A program made the translations under genes and the position numbers. A stretch of 63,588 nt of DNA, counting the filler, from Octopus bimaculoides (lineage: Eukaryota): assembly GCF_001194135.2 (NCBI RefSeq). It is 7 parts of 7 records of this genome, joined end to end, with 100 filler letters (N's around TTAATTAATTAA, not from the genome) between each part and the next. Parts side by side here need not be neighbours in the genome. Positions count along the whole stretch, not along the records: positions 1 to 29,643 come from NC_068982.1; positions 29,744 to 45,916 come from NC_068993.1; 5 more parts are not named here. One strand, given 5' to 3'. Every line of letters begins with the position of its first letter. Position 1 is the first letter of the stretch. This document shows, piece after piece, positions 26,765 to 39,733 of the stretch. The notes under the pieces are model-generated. The model did not search any database and was not told where the DNA came from. It saw only the letters and a program-made list of their open reading frames with translations.

Positions 26765-26835
26765 AGCTTTGCATCTATAAAATGGATGGATCCAAATATA
26801 ATTTGGTCACAAATGATTACAACTAAAAGTGATGT
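26765..26835 (+). CDS. RTK exon, subdomain VIII-IX (equivalent to RET exon 16); not in the ORF track
   Basis: Poly-T then ctag|AGC ... GAT GT|gtaagt, 71 nt. SFASIKWMDPNIIWSQMITTKSDV aligns to RET [24 protein letters not shown], which is also a 71-nt exon ending in phase 2. Confidence 0.88.
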
Positions 26836-28019
26836 GTAAGTATTATTTTGTGTTCAACTTCATTTCAGTCTTCAATATTACTTGCAATTAATCATCTTGT
26901 CAATTATTTCCTTATTGAGAGCAATGATTCGTTACTGCAATATGAAATGTTACAGCGGGTTTTAATAAAATAAAACAATACAAGGCTACAACACAAATTA
27001 TGCCTATCAATTTTCAATGAATACTTTCCCAAAATATCTTATATGTTTTGCAAACAGAGACTGACTACGCCAGTTAAAGTTTAGATTGCTAAATGTTTTG
27101 TGTTGCAATTCTTCCACTCTTCAGACCTAAAATAGCAATTCACTATAATTGTGACGTTTAAGACGGCGATCTTGCAGAATCGTTAGCATACTGGATAGAG
27201 TACTTAGCGGCATTTCGTTCGTCTTTACGTTCTGATTTCAAACAACCCCGAGGTCAACGTTGCCTTTCATCCTTTCAGGATGGAAAAAAATAAATATCAG
27301 TCAAGTATTGGGGTTCATATAATCGACTTCCCAAAAAACTGCTCGCCCTGTGCCAGAATTTAAAACCATTATATTTGTGATGTTGTACATGTCTACATGT
27401 TATGAAACATCATTATTTACACTCGTCATAAGACGATAACGCTGGAAGTTACATGAATTGTCTTTCAAATGCATTTCTTTTAAGAATATAAAAGAGATTA
27501 AAACACCATAAAAGCACTATAACACAATATTGTTCAAGATATATATGTTCAATTCATAACAGGCATTTTATTTCTGTTTGTGATAGATATGATTGACACT
27601 TTGTATATTTCCATTAAATGATCCTTGGTTATTGACTAAATAAGGACGAACAACAGATGTAATAAAGTAAACAAACAACTGATTACAGAACAATCGCAAA
27701 TATCGAAGGTATTTGCTAACTAAGACACAGGCAAAACCCACTTACTTTTCTTTTTCCCCTCGCTTAATATATCTATATGTTTATGTCTCGTTTATTCTAG
27801 ATACGTTGATTTATCACACAACTGGCAGAGTCTTTCAGTTTAATAAATAAACGTATCGTTGACTCGCATCACATGGTCAACTGCTTATTTGACTTGATAG
27901 TGATAACAGAAATATTTACACGAATATATGGTTGTATGTGCATGCATACACGCATACGCTCATAGACACAAGCAAATATATAGTTATAGATATATGCTTG
28001 ATATATGCATTCAGTTGTA

Positions 28020-28380
28020 CATAAAAGCTGCTGCTGGCATTGTTCTTGGATGCTGCTGTTTGAGATTCAGTCGCGTAGAGATACACCAAGGATCTAAGAA
28101 AGACGCTGCATTTGGAACACCTTGAGTTTGTTCAGGACCTGTTTGGGGATGATCCAAATCTCGGCGCTGTAGAGGAAGACAGGCAAAAACCAACGTGCAG
28201 AAAAGACGCAGAAAAGATCTTGGATCTTGGGGAGAAATTGGGCTTCTTCCAGACACACCATCGAAGGGGTGCGAACGCAGAAGTCGCAGATCTGAGAACA
28301 ATGCCAACAGCAGCCGACCATTGAAAACCAAGACCGACAGCGCACGCTACAGTGCTTTGACCACGTCTGTAGGATGAGAA
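28020..28380 (-). mobile_element. RTE-type LINE C-terminal remnant
   Basis: LPVFLYSAEIWIIPKQVLNKLKVFQMQRLS*ILGVSLRD*ISN matches LPVLLYGSETW...LDVFxMxCLRRILGISWRDRISN. Confidence 0.7.
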
Positions 28381-29558
28381 GATATCTGCTTGGTTTTCAT
28401 AACCTTTAATGTCAACTCAAGGCTACAGCATATCAATGGTTCTTGTACTTTCTCATCACCTGTATTACCTATAAACTAATTTAGATAAGTGAATTTAAAT
28501 AATATAATGATCTGATCTCTTTGCTTCTCGCATGCCGGTTCAACCCACACCTAACTTTCTTATAAATATGAGAGTTATTTCTTAAAGAACTACTCATCGA
28601 ACGATGTCGGATTCGACATGTTCGATGTGAGAAGTCTCACATGTTTGATATTTTATCTGTTTAAAATTTTACTTGAAGATGGTGGAGTATATGTTGTGAT
28701 GTAATCTATTAATACATCAATAAAATTCTACCGAAACAACTGTGGTAAATTTTTATGGGTATTTGTATTCTCTTTTTCTACCTACGCCACACCTGGAACT
28801 AACCGCACAGTCGGATCTACGTTTTATATTGGATTTGGTACCTACATATCTACAGTATCCAATCAACATTTCATGCTTTCATTGTTGTTTACCTCACTGT
28901 GAACCTAATGTTATTGTACTTATCTATTACTGGCATCCTATGTATTTATCTGTCAAGGTTCCATTGAATCCTTACAACTAATTATCTAAGATAGATAGAT
29001 AAATAGATAGATAGATAGATACAGAAATGCACACACACGAACAATGTTCTGGTATTTAATTAGTTATTAAAGTGAAGTGTTCTTGATAGGATAGGTACTA
29101 CATGATGGGCCGTTCAATTCATTGTGAAGAATTCGGTCTGGAAATGACAATAAGTAATACTTTTGTTCTTAAAGTATCGTGTAAAATCGGTGATAATTTG
29201 CAGTCAGTTAATAATTGAATTTCTTTCTATGTTCACCTCCTGTCTCTTTCTCTTCACTCCCGCTCTTTGTCTACCTCGCGGAATTTGAACCCAGAACATA
29301 AAGACGGACTACATGCCGCTAACCATTGTCTCTAAGGTACTAATGATTCTGTCAAAACACGCAGCCTGAAATTTGGAGGGGAAAGGCTTGTCGATTATAT
29401 TCACCACGGTGCTCAACTGGAATTTATCTTATTACCTACTAAATAATGAATTCCAAAGTGGACCTACCTCCACATTATTTGATCTCAGAACGTAAAGCCG
29501 GAATAAATGCTGCTGAGCATACTGACCGGTGTGCTAACGATTCTGCCAGTTGTCCGTC

Positions 29559-29643
<85 letters not shown>

Positions 29644-29743
29644 NNNNNNNNNNNNNNNNNNNNNNNNNNNNNNNNNNNNNNNNNNNNTTAATTAATTAAN
29701 NNNNNNNNNNNNNNNNNNNNNNNNNNNNNNNNNNNNNNNNNNN
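29644..29743. other. Artificial assembly spacer N44-TTAATTAATTAA-N44
   Basis: The same 12-mer (stops in all six frames) sits within 100-nt N blocks at 29688, 45961, 47773, 57019, 60736 and 61998. Confidence 0.95.
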
Positions 29744-29775
<32 letters not shown>

Positions 29776-30808
29776 ATACGTGTGTGTGACTTTGTGTCTG
29801 TGTTTGTCCCCCCCCCCACCGCTTGACAACCGGTGTCGGTGTATTTACGTCCCTGTAATCTAGCGGTTCGGCTAAAAGAACCAATAGAATAAGCATCAGG
29901 CTTTACAAAAAAAAAAACATGCACTGGGGTCGATAAGTTTGACTAAAATTCTTTAAAGCGGTGCCCAAGCATGGCCGCAGTCTAATGACTGAAACAAGTA
30001 AGAGATAAAAGATAAAAGATAATAGAAAGCCTGTCATATATTGAACATCCCAGAAGGTTTGACAGAGAAGAAATAAGCGAAGATAAAAGTCAAGGATTGA
30101 TCAGTAGCTTGGTTAATAGAAGAAGCAAAAGGTTTACGTTAAGCTACAAACGGTTAATCGTGAAAAACGATGCTAACATTAAGTAAAGTCTACACAACCA
30201 ACGCAATAAGACACACTATAGACCACATCATCTCCAGCAGCCATATTTCTTGCTCTATCCGCCGATATCGAGGTTGTAGCTAATATCATTGTGTAAGAGA
30301 AAATAACTGACGCATGAAAGCGGATAAGAAGTTGTATGAAGATGTATTAAAAACGATATATAACAATGACTAGGCCGCACCTGTAATGGTTGCATTTCAA
30401 GTCATAAGTGGTGCGAGATGGATTTTAGTTCCAAGTTCTTTACTGGTGTGGGATGGATATCCAGTTTCATCTTAGAGAAAGAAGTTTGTTTAATTAATTC
30501 GTTTTGTTACTGAAATAAGTAAATAAAAATAAAAATGGAAAATGAAAATGAAAAATAAAAATACAAAAGATTATTGTTATTGATGTTATTGTTGTTTTTA
30601 TTCTTATGACGACGACGACGACGACGACGATGATGATGATGATGATGATGATGGTGATACCGAAAATAGTGCTGATGTCTATGGACGACGACGACGACGA
30701 CTACGATGTTGGTGAAGATGATGACGATGATAATGGCGGTAGTGGTGACCGTCGTGGTGTAGGTGATGAATAGAATTATCCCCAAAATTTATTTCTTCTT
30801 TCTCATAG

Positions 30809-30816
30809 ATGGAATT
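30809..30816 (+). CDS. Start of the next RTK exon (equivalent to RET exon 17), truncated by the gap 30817-31138
   Basis: Strong acceptor tttatttcttctttctcatag|A TGG AAT T. Completes GT|A = Val, then Trp-Asn, giving SDV|WN(F?) as in the DVWSFG motif. Confidence 0.65.
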
Positions 30817-32332
30817 NNNNNNNNNNNNNNNNNNNNNNNNNNNNNNNNNNNNNNNNNNNNNNNNNNNNNNNNNNNNNNNNNNNNNNNNNNNNNNNNNNNN
30901 NNNNNNNNNNNNNNNNNNNNNNNNNNNNNNNNNNNNNNNNNNNNNNNNNNNNNNNNNNNNNNNNNNNNNNNNNNNNNNNNNNNNNNNNNNNNNNNNNNNN
31001 NNNNNNNNNNNNNNNNNNNNNNNNNNNNNNNNNNNNNNNNNNNNNNNNNNNNNNNNNNNNNNNNNNNNNNNNNNNNNNNNNNNNNNNNNNNNNNNNNNNN
31101 NNNNNNNNNNNNNNNNNNNNNNNNNNNNNNNNNNNNNNGTATTTGGTAGACAAAAATTGAAAGAAGTCTGTCATATATATATATATATTTCGTTTTTGGA
31201 TTTGGTTTGCAAGATTTTTTATGTGATTTCGTGTGTTGAAGCATATTCTGTTGTGTCTGGGGAGAGTCATTTTCTTATTGTGCCTTAAAATTTAACACAC
31301 TCACCGTTAAAATTTCCACTTATTTCTTATTTTCTTTTTCCTGAAATTTTCGTTGCGTCTTGCAACCTTTTCGATAGTCTTGACTCTTATATATATATAA
31401 ATGTGTGTGTGTGTGTGTGTGTGTGCGTATGTCATTGTGCATGTATTTGCGTCCCTGTAACTTAGTGGTTCTGCAAAATAGACAGGTACAATAAGTACCT
31501 AGCTTTAAAAAATAAATACTGGTGTCTATACATGGCCACAGTTTAATGATCGAAACAAGTAAAAGACAAATCTTTCCTACGTTTAAAACAATAATGTGTG
31601 GTCTGAGGGAGATTTAGCTGCTATATTATTACAAGACGAGAGACTACGTAGAGCTCTTTGATAACTCATCTGTATGCTTAAATACCTTCTGTAAATTGAT
31701 TTCTTTAGTTGCCGCGCAGTGCTGATTGGTGTCTGTAGAATATATCTTAAAGACTCTTAAAGAGACTAACTCAGTGTTTTGGGAGTAAATCAATAATAGT
31801 TGAGAGACTGCAACAAAATGTAGGGGTGAAGCTTGGGGATCGACAACCCAGCATAATAGATCATAATCATATAACATGTAACATGTTGTAGCTATGGAAC
31901 TAACATACGGTGCATATATTGTTACATATTGAACTATAAACTTCAATATCGACTTATACAACGAGTTTGTATGATGATGATGATGAAAATAACAATGATA
32001 ATGCTAATATGCAGAAGGTACAGATGCTACGCTGACCAAGTTGAACGACAAATCAGAACCGGATATTGCAACGTTTTAAGGATCATCTTTGACTAAAGAC
32101 CTCTCTGTGTACAAAATTTACAGTTTACACGTCTACTAAATTTACTCACAAAGTATTAACCATCCCGAGGTTATGGCTGAAAGCACTTGCCCCAGTGTAC
32201 CAGCTGTGGCACATTCTGAGACAGAATCTATGTGGTTGCGAAGCAAACTTCTTATACATACATCCATCTCTCTCATTCTCCCTCTCTCTATCATTCACTC
32301 CTCCCTCTCCCCCCCCTCTCTCTCTCTCTCTC

Positions 32333-32413
<81 letters not shown>

Positions 32414-32887
32414 TGTATGCGTATATATACTTATATATAATATATATGCACACACACACACGCACGCACACACACATACACACATACACACACACACATA
32501 CACACACACATACACACACACACAAGAGTGACCGACTGCTTAAGACATTTGCTACGTAGCAGTGAGGACCAGGATTCAGTTGCAAGGTGTGACAACTTGG
32601 GTAAATGTCTTTCACCCAGCGTTAGGTCGGTTCATGTCTTGGATCGACCTGACGCTTGCTTCTAGTTCACAATAAAGATCTCTATTTACCACTTCGAAGT
32701 TGTGTGTTGATTTCTTCAGTGTAAATCAGCAAAATTGTGGACTGTATTGACACCAGTATTTTATTGGTATTAAGGTCAAGACGACTGATTGTGAGAAGAG
32801 TAATCAGAAAAGTATGCTGCGTGTAGGTAGGCTGACGGTTCGTACCTTGCCGTAAGCACTGCATTGTTTTAATATTGTTGTTGACTA

Positions 32888-33097
32888 AGGCGGTCAGCTG
32901 GCAGAAACGTTAGCACGCCGGGCGAAATGCTTAGCGGTATTTTGTCTGTCTTTACGTTCCAAGTTCAAATTCCGCCGCGGTCGACTTTGCATTTCATCAT
33001 TTCGGGGTCGATAAATTATGTACCAGTTGCGTACTGGGGTCGATCTAATCGACTGGTCCCCTACCCCACAATTTCGGGCCTTGTGTCTAGAGTAGAA
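32888..33097 (+). mobile_element. Family A SINE with a 17-bp target-site duplication
   Basis: aatattgttgttgacta at 32871-32887 and 33098-33114. Confidence 0.9.
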
Positions 33098-33494
33098 AAT
33101 ATTGTTGTTGACTATCCACAGATCAGCCTTGTCGATCAGTGGCGGGTCAGCCATGACAACAATCCCATCTGTTAATTTTGTTCAGGCATAGATTTCTAGG
33201 ATTACATTATCCAATGTGTTCTTTTGATATTTATGACAGTATGAAAGAGATTTGGCTATTATTTCTAGCGGGTGAAGCATTATTTATATCTTATTAAACT
33301 TTAAAAGACAACATGGAGCAAGGGCAGGGCTCACAATTCATGATGGCGTTGAAGTATTGGATTCAAACTTTTGTTCAGTTTATTAAATGAATGTAACAGC
33401 TGCTGGGTCACACCTCCATTTCAGATCACAACTGCTTGTATGTGTGTGTGTGTATGTGTGTTTATGTATGTACGTATGTATGTATGTATGTGTG

Positions 33495-33528
<34 letters not shown>

Positions 33529-33804
33529 TGTATGTATATATGATGTAAGTATGTATGCGTGCATGTATGTATATATTGATGGATAGATGCATGTACTGAT
33601 GTATGTGTGTATGTATATATATACACACACATATACATACACACATATATGTACTGAAGCACGAACACACGCAGTTCCTGACCACAAGACCAAAAAGTGC
33701 TCTTTTTAATTTTTGGCGACAGTATAGTTCTGTGTCATTGCCAAGTGACCAAACTCTCAATGAATTAGACTACCAAGTTAATATAAAATGTACCATAGAA
33801 AGGA

Positions 33805-34112
33805 GCAAAGCCTAGGCTCCACTGCTCGCCTAGTCGAGAAAAAAAAGACTGTCAAGCTATCGGTCGCTCTCTGGCAGGTTTATGGTTGAGCCTGTGACAG
33901 TAGAGACCTCCGGCGCTCTTGGTCTCCGGACCACATTCCCGCTTATCGCAATCGGAGCAGTGCGAACCCTGAAAGTCAGAGTGGCTGTTCAAGCACTTCT
34001 TCCTCGCTGTCATCATCCGGGGCAACGCCGTTTCCATTTTGTCTGCCATGAGAAATGTTTCTATAGTGTGAGAGGCAAGATCCTCCGTATTTGAGTAATA
34101 CAACGTCTATAT
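33805..34112 (-). mobile_element. 5'-truncated RTE-like LINE end with a 14-bp TSD
   Basis: taccatagaaagga at 33791-33804 and 34113-34126. Minus strand CSDCDKRECG...SAGGLYCHRLNH resembles the RTE terminal zinc-finger motif. Confidence 0.6.
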
Positions 34113-34867
34113 TACCATAGAAAGGATCAACGAAAGGAATCAGTAGCACCAGCAGCACATAACTAATGACTGTTTAATAATTACGAAGACTGCGGGTTCA
34201 AATAGAGCCTGGATTGAAATGTTGGGTGACCGGCAGCAAGAACACTCGAGTCTCGATTACCACATGTAAATTATTGTGGAGAACGCTTGTAGATCATCTT
34301 TGATTGTTGATTGAGTTACACGTAATTGAGGCTAATAAGAATCTCAGAGTGTGGCATTTAACGACAGACCTAAACAATAAAAAAACTGTGTGGACAAAAC
34401 ACAAAAATAACAAACCAAAGACGAAATTTTTTAATTGAAATAACAATTTTATTTTAGCTTATAAATTCTTTTTTCATCTTAAAAATCTCTTATATACATT
34501 AAATGTTTCATAATATTTCTTCATTATACATACATATATACATATATATCTATGAAGTATATATGTAGTAATACATACAGACAATTATACATATATTTAT
34601 ATTAAAAAAAAAAAGAAAAACATGTTTTTCCTAGTCTTGCTACTTTGACCTTCCGTAGACTAGGGAGGGTTTACAAAAATACACATTTGATTAATTCAAC
34701 AAAGTTTTAACAAGAAGCACCGAAGGAAATTCGTTGCCAAGATTCTGGCAGTATTGGTACCATAGTATAGCAGTGTTCTCACAAAGGACATGTTGTAAGT
34801 TGTTCATGTTTTAGTAACCGCAACATATTTTGCATTCAGAAAATAATAGCTTCAGATAGGTTATGCA

Positions 34868-34913
<46 letters not shown>

Positions 34914-35293
34914 GTATATATGTATTTATATAAGTAAATTTACATATGTGATATATATATACATACAGATTTGTATATATAAAATATCAAGATAAATNNN
35001 NNNNNNNNNNNNNNNNNNNNNNNNNNNNNNNNNNNNNNNNNNNNNNNNNNNNNNNNNNNNNNNNNNNNNNNNNNNNNNNNNNNNNNNNNNNNNNNNNNNN
35101 NNNNNNNNNNNNNNNNNNNNNNNNNNNNNNNNNNNNNNNNNNNNNNNNNNNNNNNNNNNNNNNNNNNNNNNNNNNNNNNNNNNNNNNNNNNNNNNNNNNN
35201 NNNNNNNNNNNNNNNNNNNNNNNNNNNNNNNNNNNNNNNNNNNNNNNNNNNNNNNNNNNNNNNNNNNNNNNNNNNNNNNNNNNNNNNNNNNNN

Positions 35294-35361
<68 letters not shown>

Positions 35362-35725
35362 GGAGTGAGAGATAGGGAGTGAGAGATAGGTGATATATAT
35401 ATGTTATATATACATATATATACGGTAGTAGATAAAGATGAATGAAGTCGAAGATGATAATGATTATGGTAAAAGATGGCAGATGATACTGATGCTGATA
35501 ATGAAGGTGATGTTCATCATGATGATGGTGGTGTTGGTAATGATGATGATGATGATGATGATGACAACGATGATGATAACTGTGGGAGGAAACGCTTGCT
35601 TGTGTTTAGCCGTCAACAGCTTCACATTAGATTTATTGTAAAGTTTTTTTCTCTTTTCGATGCCCTTAAGGCAAAATAACTTCATTATTATTATTTACTA
35701 CAACTATTATAACCATTACTACTAT

Positions 35726-35794
<69 letters not shown>

Positions 35795-35975
35795 CATCAC
35801 AGCAATTATTATTTTTACCCCTAAAAATGTTCCACTGGAAGCAATCATTTACTTAAAAATAAATAAATAAAACGTATTACGGTTTCCTAATCCAAGAGTC
35901 CCAACGACTTATAATGATGGCCATGTAGCAGTAAGAAGTTTGGCCATTATGCCGCGCTATGACTACTACTACTAC

Positions 35976-36020
<45 letters not shown>

Positions 36021-36024
36021 AAGA

Positions 36025-36075
<51 letters not shown>

Positions 36076-36822
36076 AACAATGATAATAATATGCATTATA
36101 TATATTGCATATATACTTTATGTTTATATATATAATTATAACTTAAAATCATAATACAATAATAAAGAATGATGATGATAATAATTATAATAATAATAAT
36201 AGTACCAATAATGATAATAATGATAATAATAATGCTGATGATTATAGTAATGATAATATTGATAGCAATAAAGATAATGCCAGTAGTAATAANNNNNNNN
36301 NNNNNNNNNNNNNNNNNNNNNNNNNNNNNNNNNNNNNNNNNNNNNNNNNNNNNNNNNNNNNNNNNNNNNNNNNNNNNNNNNNNNNNNNNNNNNNNNNNNN
36401 NNNNNNNNNNNNNNNNNNNNNNNNNNNNNNNNNNNNNNNNNNNNNNNNNNNNNNNNNNNNNNNNNNNNNNNNNNNNNNNNNNNNNNNNNNNNNNNNNNNN
36501 NNNNNNNNNNNNNNNNNNNNNNNNNNNNNNNNNNNNNNNNNNNNNNNNNNNNNNNNNNNNNNNNNNNNNNNNNNNNNNNNNNNNNNNNNNNNNNNNNNNN
36601 NNNNNNNNNNNNNNNNNNNNNNNNNNNNNNNNNNNNNNNNNNNNNNNNNNNNNNNNNNNNNNNNNNNNNNNNNNNNNNNNNNNNNNNNNNNNNNNNNNNN
36701 NNNNNNNNNNNNNNNNNNNNNNNNNNNNNNNNTATATATATATACATATAGAGTCTGAAAATAGGTAAGTGTGCATGTATGTAAATATGTATACATGTAT
36801 ATATATATATATGTATGTATTC

Positions 36823-36872
<50 letters not shown>

Positions 36873-39733
36873 GCACTCATGTACAGCTATATATATGCAT
36901 GCGTATATATTATACACGCAGGCCTATACGCGTACTTGTGTGAGTGTGTGTATAAATGCGTGTGAAAGCTACTGAGATCCAAATGCTATTGTCGTGGGAA
37001 AAAGATAGTAGAGAGTACTGTATAGAGAGCCGAGTACAAAGTAGAGTCAGAGCAAAATACACTAGTATATATCTATGACTAAAAACCTTGGTTAATAACA
37101 TCAGATATGACAATTAGTGGTGATTATTAGTTGTCGTTGTTCTTTTGGCCCCAGTTTGATATCGGTCAAAGTCGTATTACAACCATGCGTACTCCGTTGC
37201 TCAATACTGAGGTAGCTATCGACGTCTGTAGGATTTACATAACGTCGTATGTTCTTCATGAGACAGATTTCACAGCCGAGGAGTGGCGCCTCCTTTAGTG
37301 TGTCGATCTGTTGTTGGCTGGTGCCATAAGTAACAAGAACAACTATAACAACAGGATAGCATTACCATCTTCATCAAGAACAGAAAGATAATTTATATGG
37401 AAAGATATAACAGCAACGAAATAACAACAACAACAATAATAATAATATTTATGATGATGATGATAATAATAATAATAATAATAATATATTTAACAATTGT
37501 GAAAACACCAACAACTTTAGAAATCATAACCCTCTTTAAGTGATTATTCATTATAATAATTAAATTATTATTATAAGACATTATTTTTCGCTTTTTTGTT
37601 TGTTTGAAGTGAGGGTTTATAGGAAGAGACTTCGATGAAAATACTCTCATATATATATATATATATATATATANNNNNNNNNNNNNNNNNNNNNNNNNNN
37701 NNNNNNNNNNNNNNNNNNNNNNNNNNNNNNNNNNNNNNNNNNNNNNNNNNNNNNNNNNNNNNNNNNNNNNNNNNNNNNNNNNNNNNNNNNNNNNNNNNNN
37801 NNNNNNNNNNNNNNNNNNNNNNNNNNNNNNNNNNNNNNNNNNNNNNNNNNNNNNNNNNNNNNNNNNNNNNNNNNNNNNNNNNNNNNNNNNNNNNNNNNNN
37901 NNNNNNNNNNNNNNNNNNNNNNNNNNNNNNNNNNNNNNNNNNNNNNNNNNNNNNNNNNNTTTTTTGTTGTTTTGTTTTACAGGTGTTGTGTTTTGATTGT
38001 CCTCCAAGGGTAATATTTTACGTGAGATTAATTTAACTGCTGTACTAAATAAACATAATTTATTTTTCTTTTCTTTTTGTTTAGTGGTTTTCTCTTGTTA
38101 TTGTGTTTTATTTATTCATATTTTTGCTGACAGAATGATTTAACTTCTCAGCGGATTGCATTCTCTGTGTGCCCGGGAGCGGAGAACACAAGCTCGAGTC
38201 GTGTTGGTGGCGGTGTTGGGCAGCTAAATGATGGAAGTAAAAAAAAAGAAAACAAAAAAAAAACAATCATACAAGCTGACTATCTCAGTTCCGAACAGAA
38301 GTGTCTTTCTATTATTATCGTTTTGAATATTATTATTATTTATTATTTTTGTAATCGGAGGAGTGTGTGCGTGAGTGGGGTAGGGGTTAATTAAAGGAGT
38401 TAAGGCGATTATGAAGCAGAGCTTTAAATAATTTGTATGATTATCTAATTTGTTCAAAGCTACATCAGTGCCATCGCAATAATAGTAATAATAATAATAA
38501 CAATAATAATAGTAATAATGATAACAGCTTTTTCTTTTGTTTTTACTTTTACCAGAAAAAAAATATCAAGCAGACAAAAACAAACAACAACAACAAAAAC
38601 TCCAATGCTTTGTCGGAATTTCAGTTCATTTTTGTTGTTGTTATTGGTGTTGGGGATGGGAGAAAAAGCATTGAATTGTTGTTGCTGACTGATACGTCCA
38701 TCTTTAGAGTGCGACCTACAGAATGGTGCCAACCATTATTTGGGGTTGGGGATGAGGGGAAACGCAGGGAGACAAAGTAGAATATTCGGACATTTTCTTT
38801 TTTTCTCTTTTTTTTACGGCCTGCCGCAAAAAAACACACAAAATAAAAATAAGAAAAATAGAGAAAGAAGCAAAAAAAACACACACACACACATATATAA
38901 AAACACGTAAATATACTATATATATACATATATAAATATTTGTATATTTCTGTGCGTGTGTGTGAGTGTATATTTATGTTCAGAAGTCTATAGAATATTC
39001 CGATCTGGTGAAACATGTAATCATACCAAAGTACATCGCTAAATGATAATTCTTAGAAAGTCACAAATGGTGAAAAAATTTCAAGGAGAAAAAGTTATAA
39101 AATATATAAAAAGACAAATGTTTTTTTTTTCTTATATTTTATCCATTCATGCAAATTATTCGTTATGTGTGTATGTGTGTATGTGAATGTGTGTATGTGA
39201 ATGTGTGTGAATGTAATGGTGTAATTTTTACAATTTTAGTTCTTTCTTTGTAAATATATTCTTTGTAATGTTTCTGTATATTTTCAGTCAAAAATATCAG
39301 ACATTTCTCTCAGCTCTCGGAGCTATTCAGTTTAAAAAGAAGTATAAAGAAGAAAAGGAATATTTTCTTCATTAACATCAACAACAATAATAGCAACAAC
39401 AACAATAATAACAGCACTATATCGTTATGTTTCAAGCTTTACAATCAAGTTTATATATTAATTGATCAATGTAAAAAGAAATGTTATTTTTTCTTTGAAC
39501 CAATGATTCGGTGATTAGATGTCCATGTTTCGTCGTTTCCCTACCATCGCTACGACCCCACCGTCACTAGAATTTCTGCTTCTCAACGCTGCTGGTTGGA
39601 CTGATTCTTTTTCGTTGATGTTATATATATATTTATTTTATATATTTTCCGTTCATCTTTTGCATTCATGTTCTTTGATAGGTCGTCTATTATTTCTTCA
39701 TTTGCCGATCAAACAGTAAAAAAGTGTTGTCTC

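Noticed and set aside
27928-28377. Plus-strand ORFs as RTK C-terminal exons
   Set aside because: The minus strand gives clear RTE LINE motifs; the plus frames lack kinase motifs.
17121-33097. tRNA genes
   Set aside because: A/B boxes belong to SINE heads that continue into SINE bodies; no full cloverleaf.
31880-33440. alphaH exon candidates (tag|C YGTNIRC at ~31891; cag|T LLNECNSCW at ~33380)
   Set aside because: No CW...RP pattern with the right spacing and no convincing donor.
38150-38162. miR-92-family site in the KLF 3' UTR
   Set aside because: Only a 6-mer (TGCAAT), as expected by chance.
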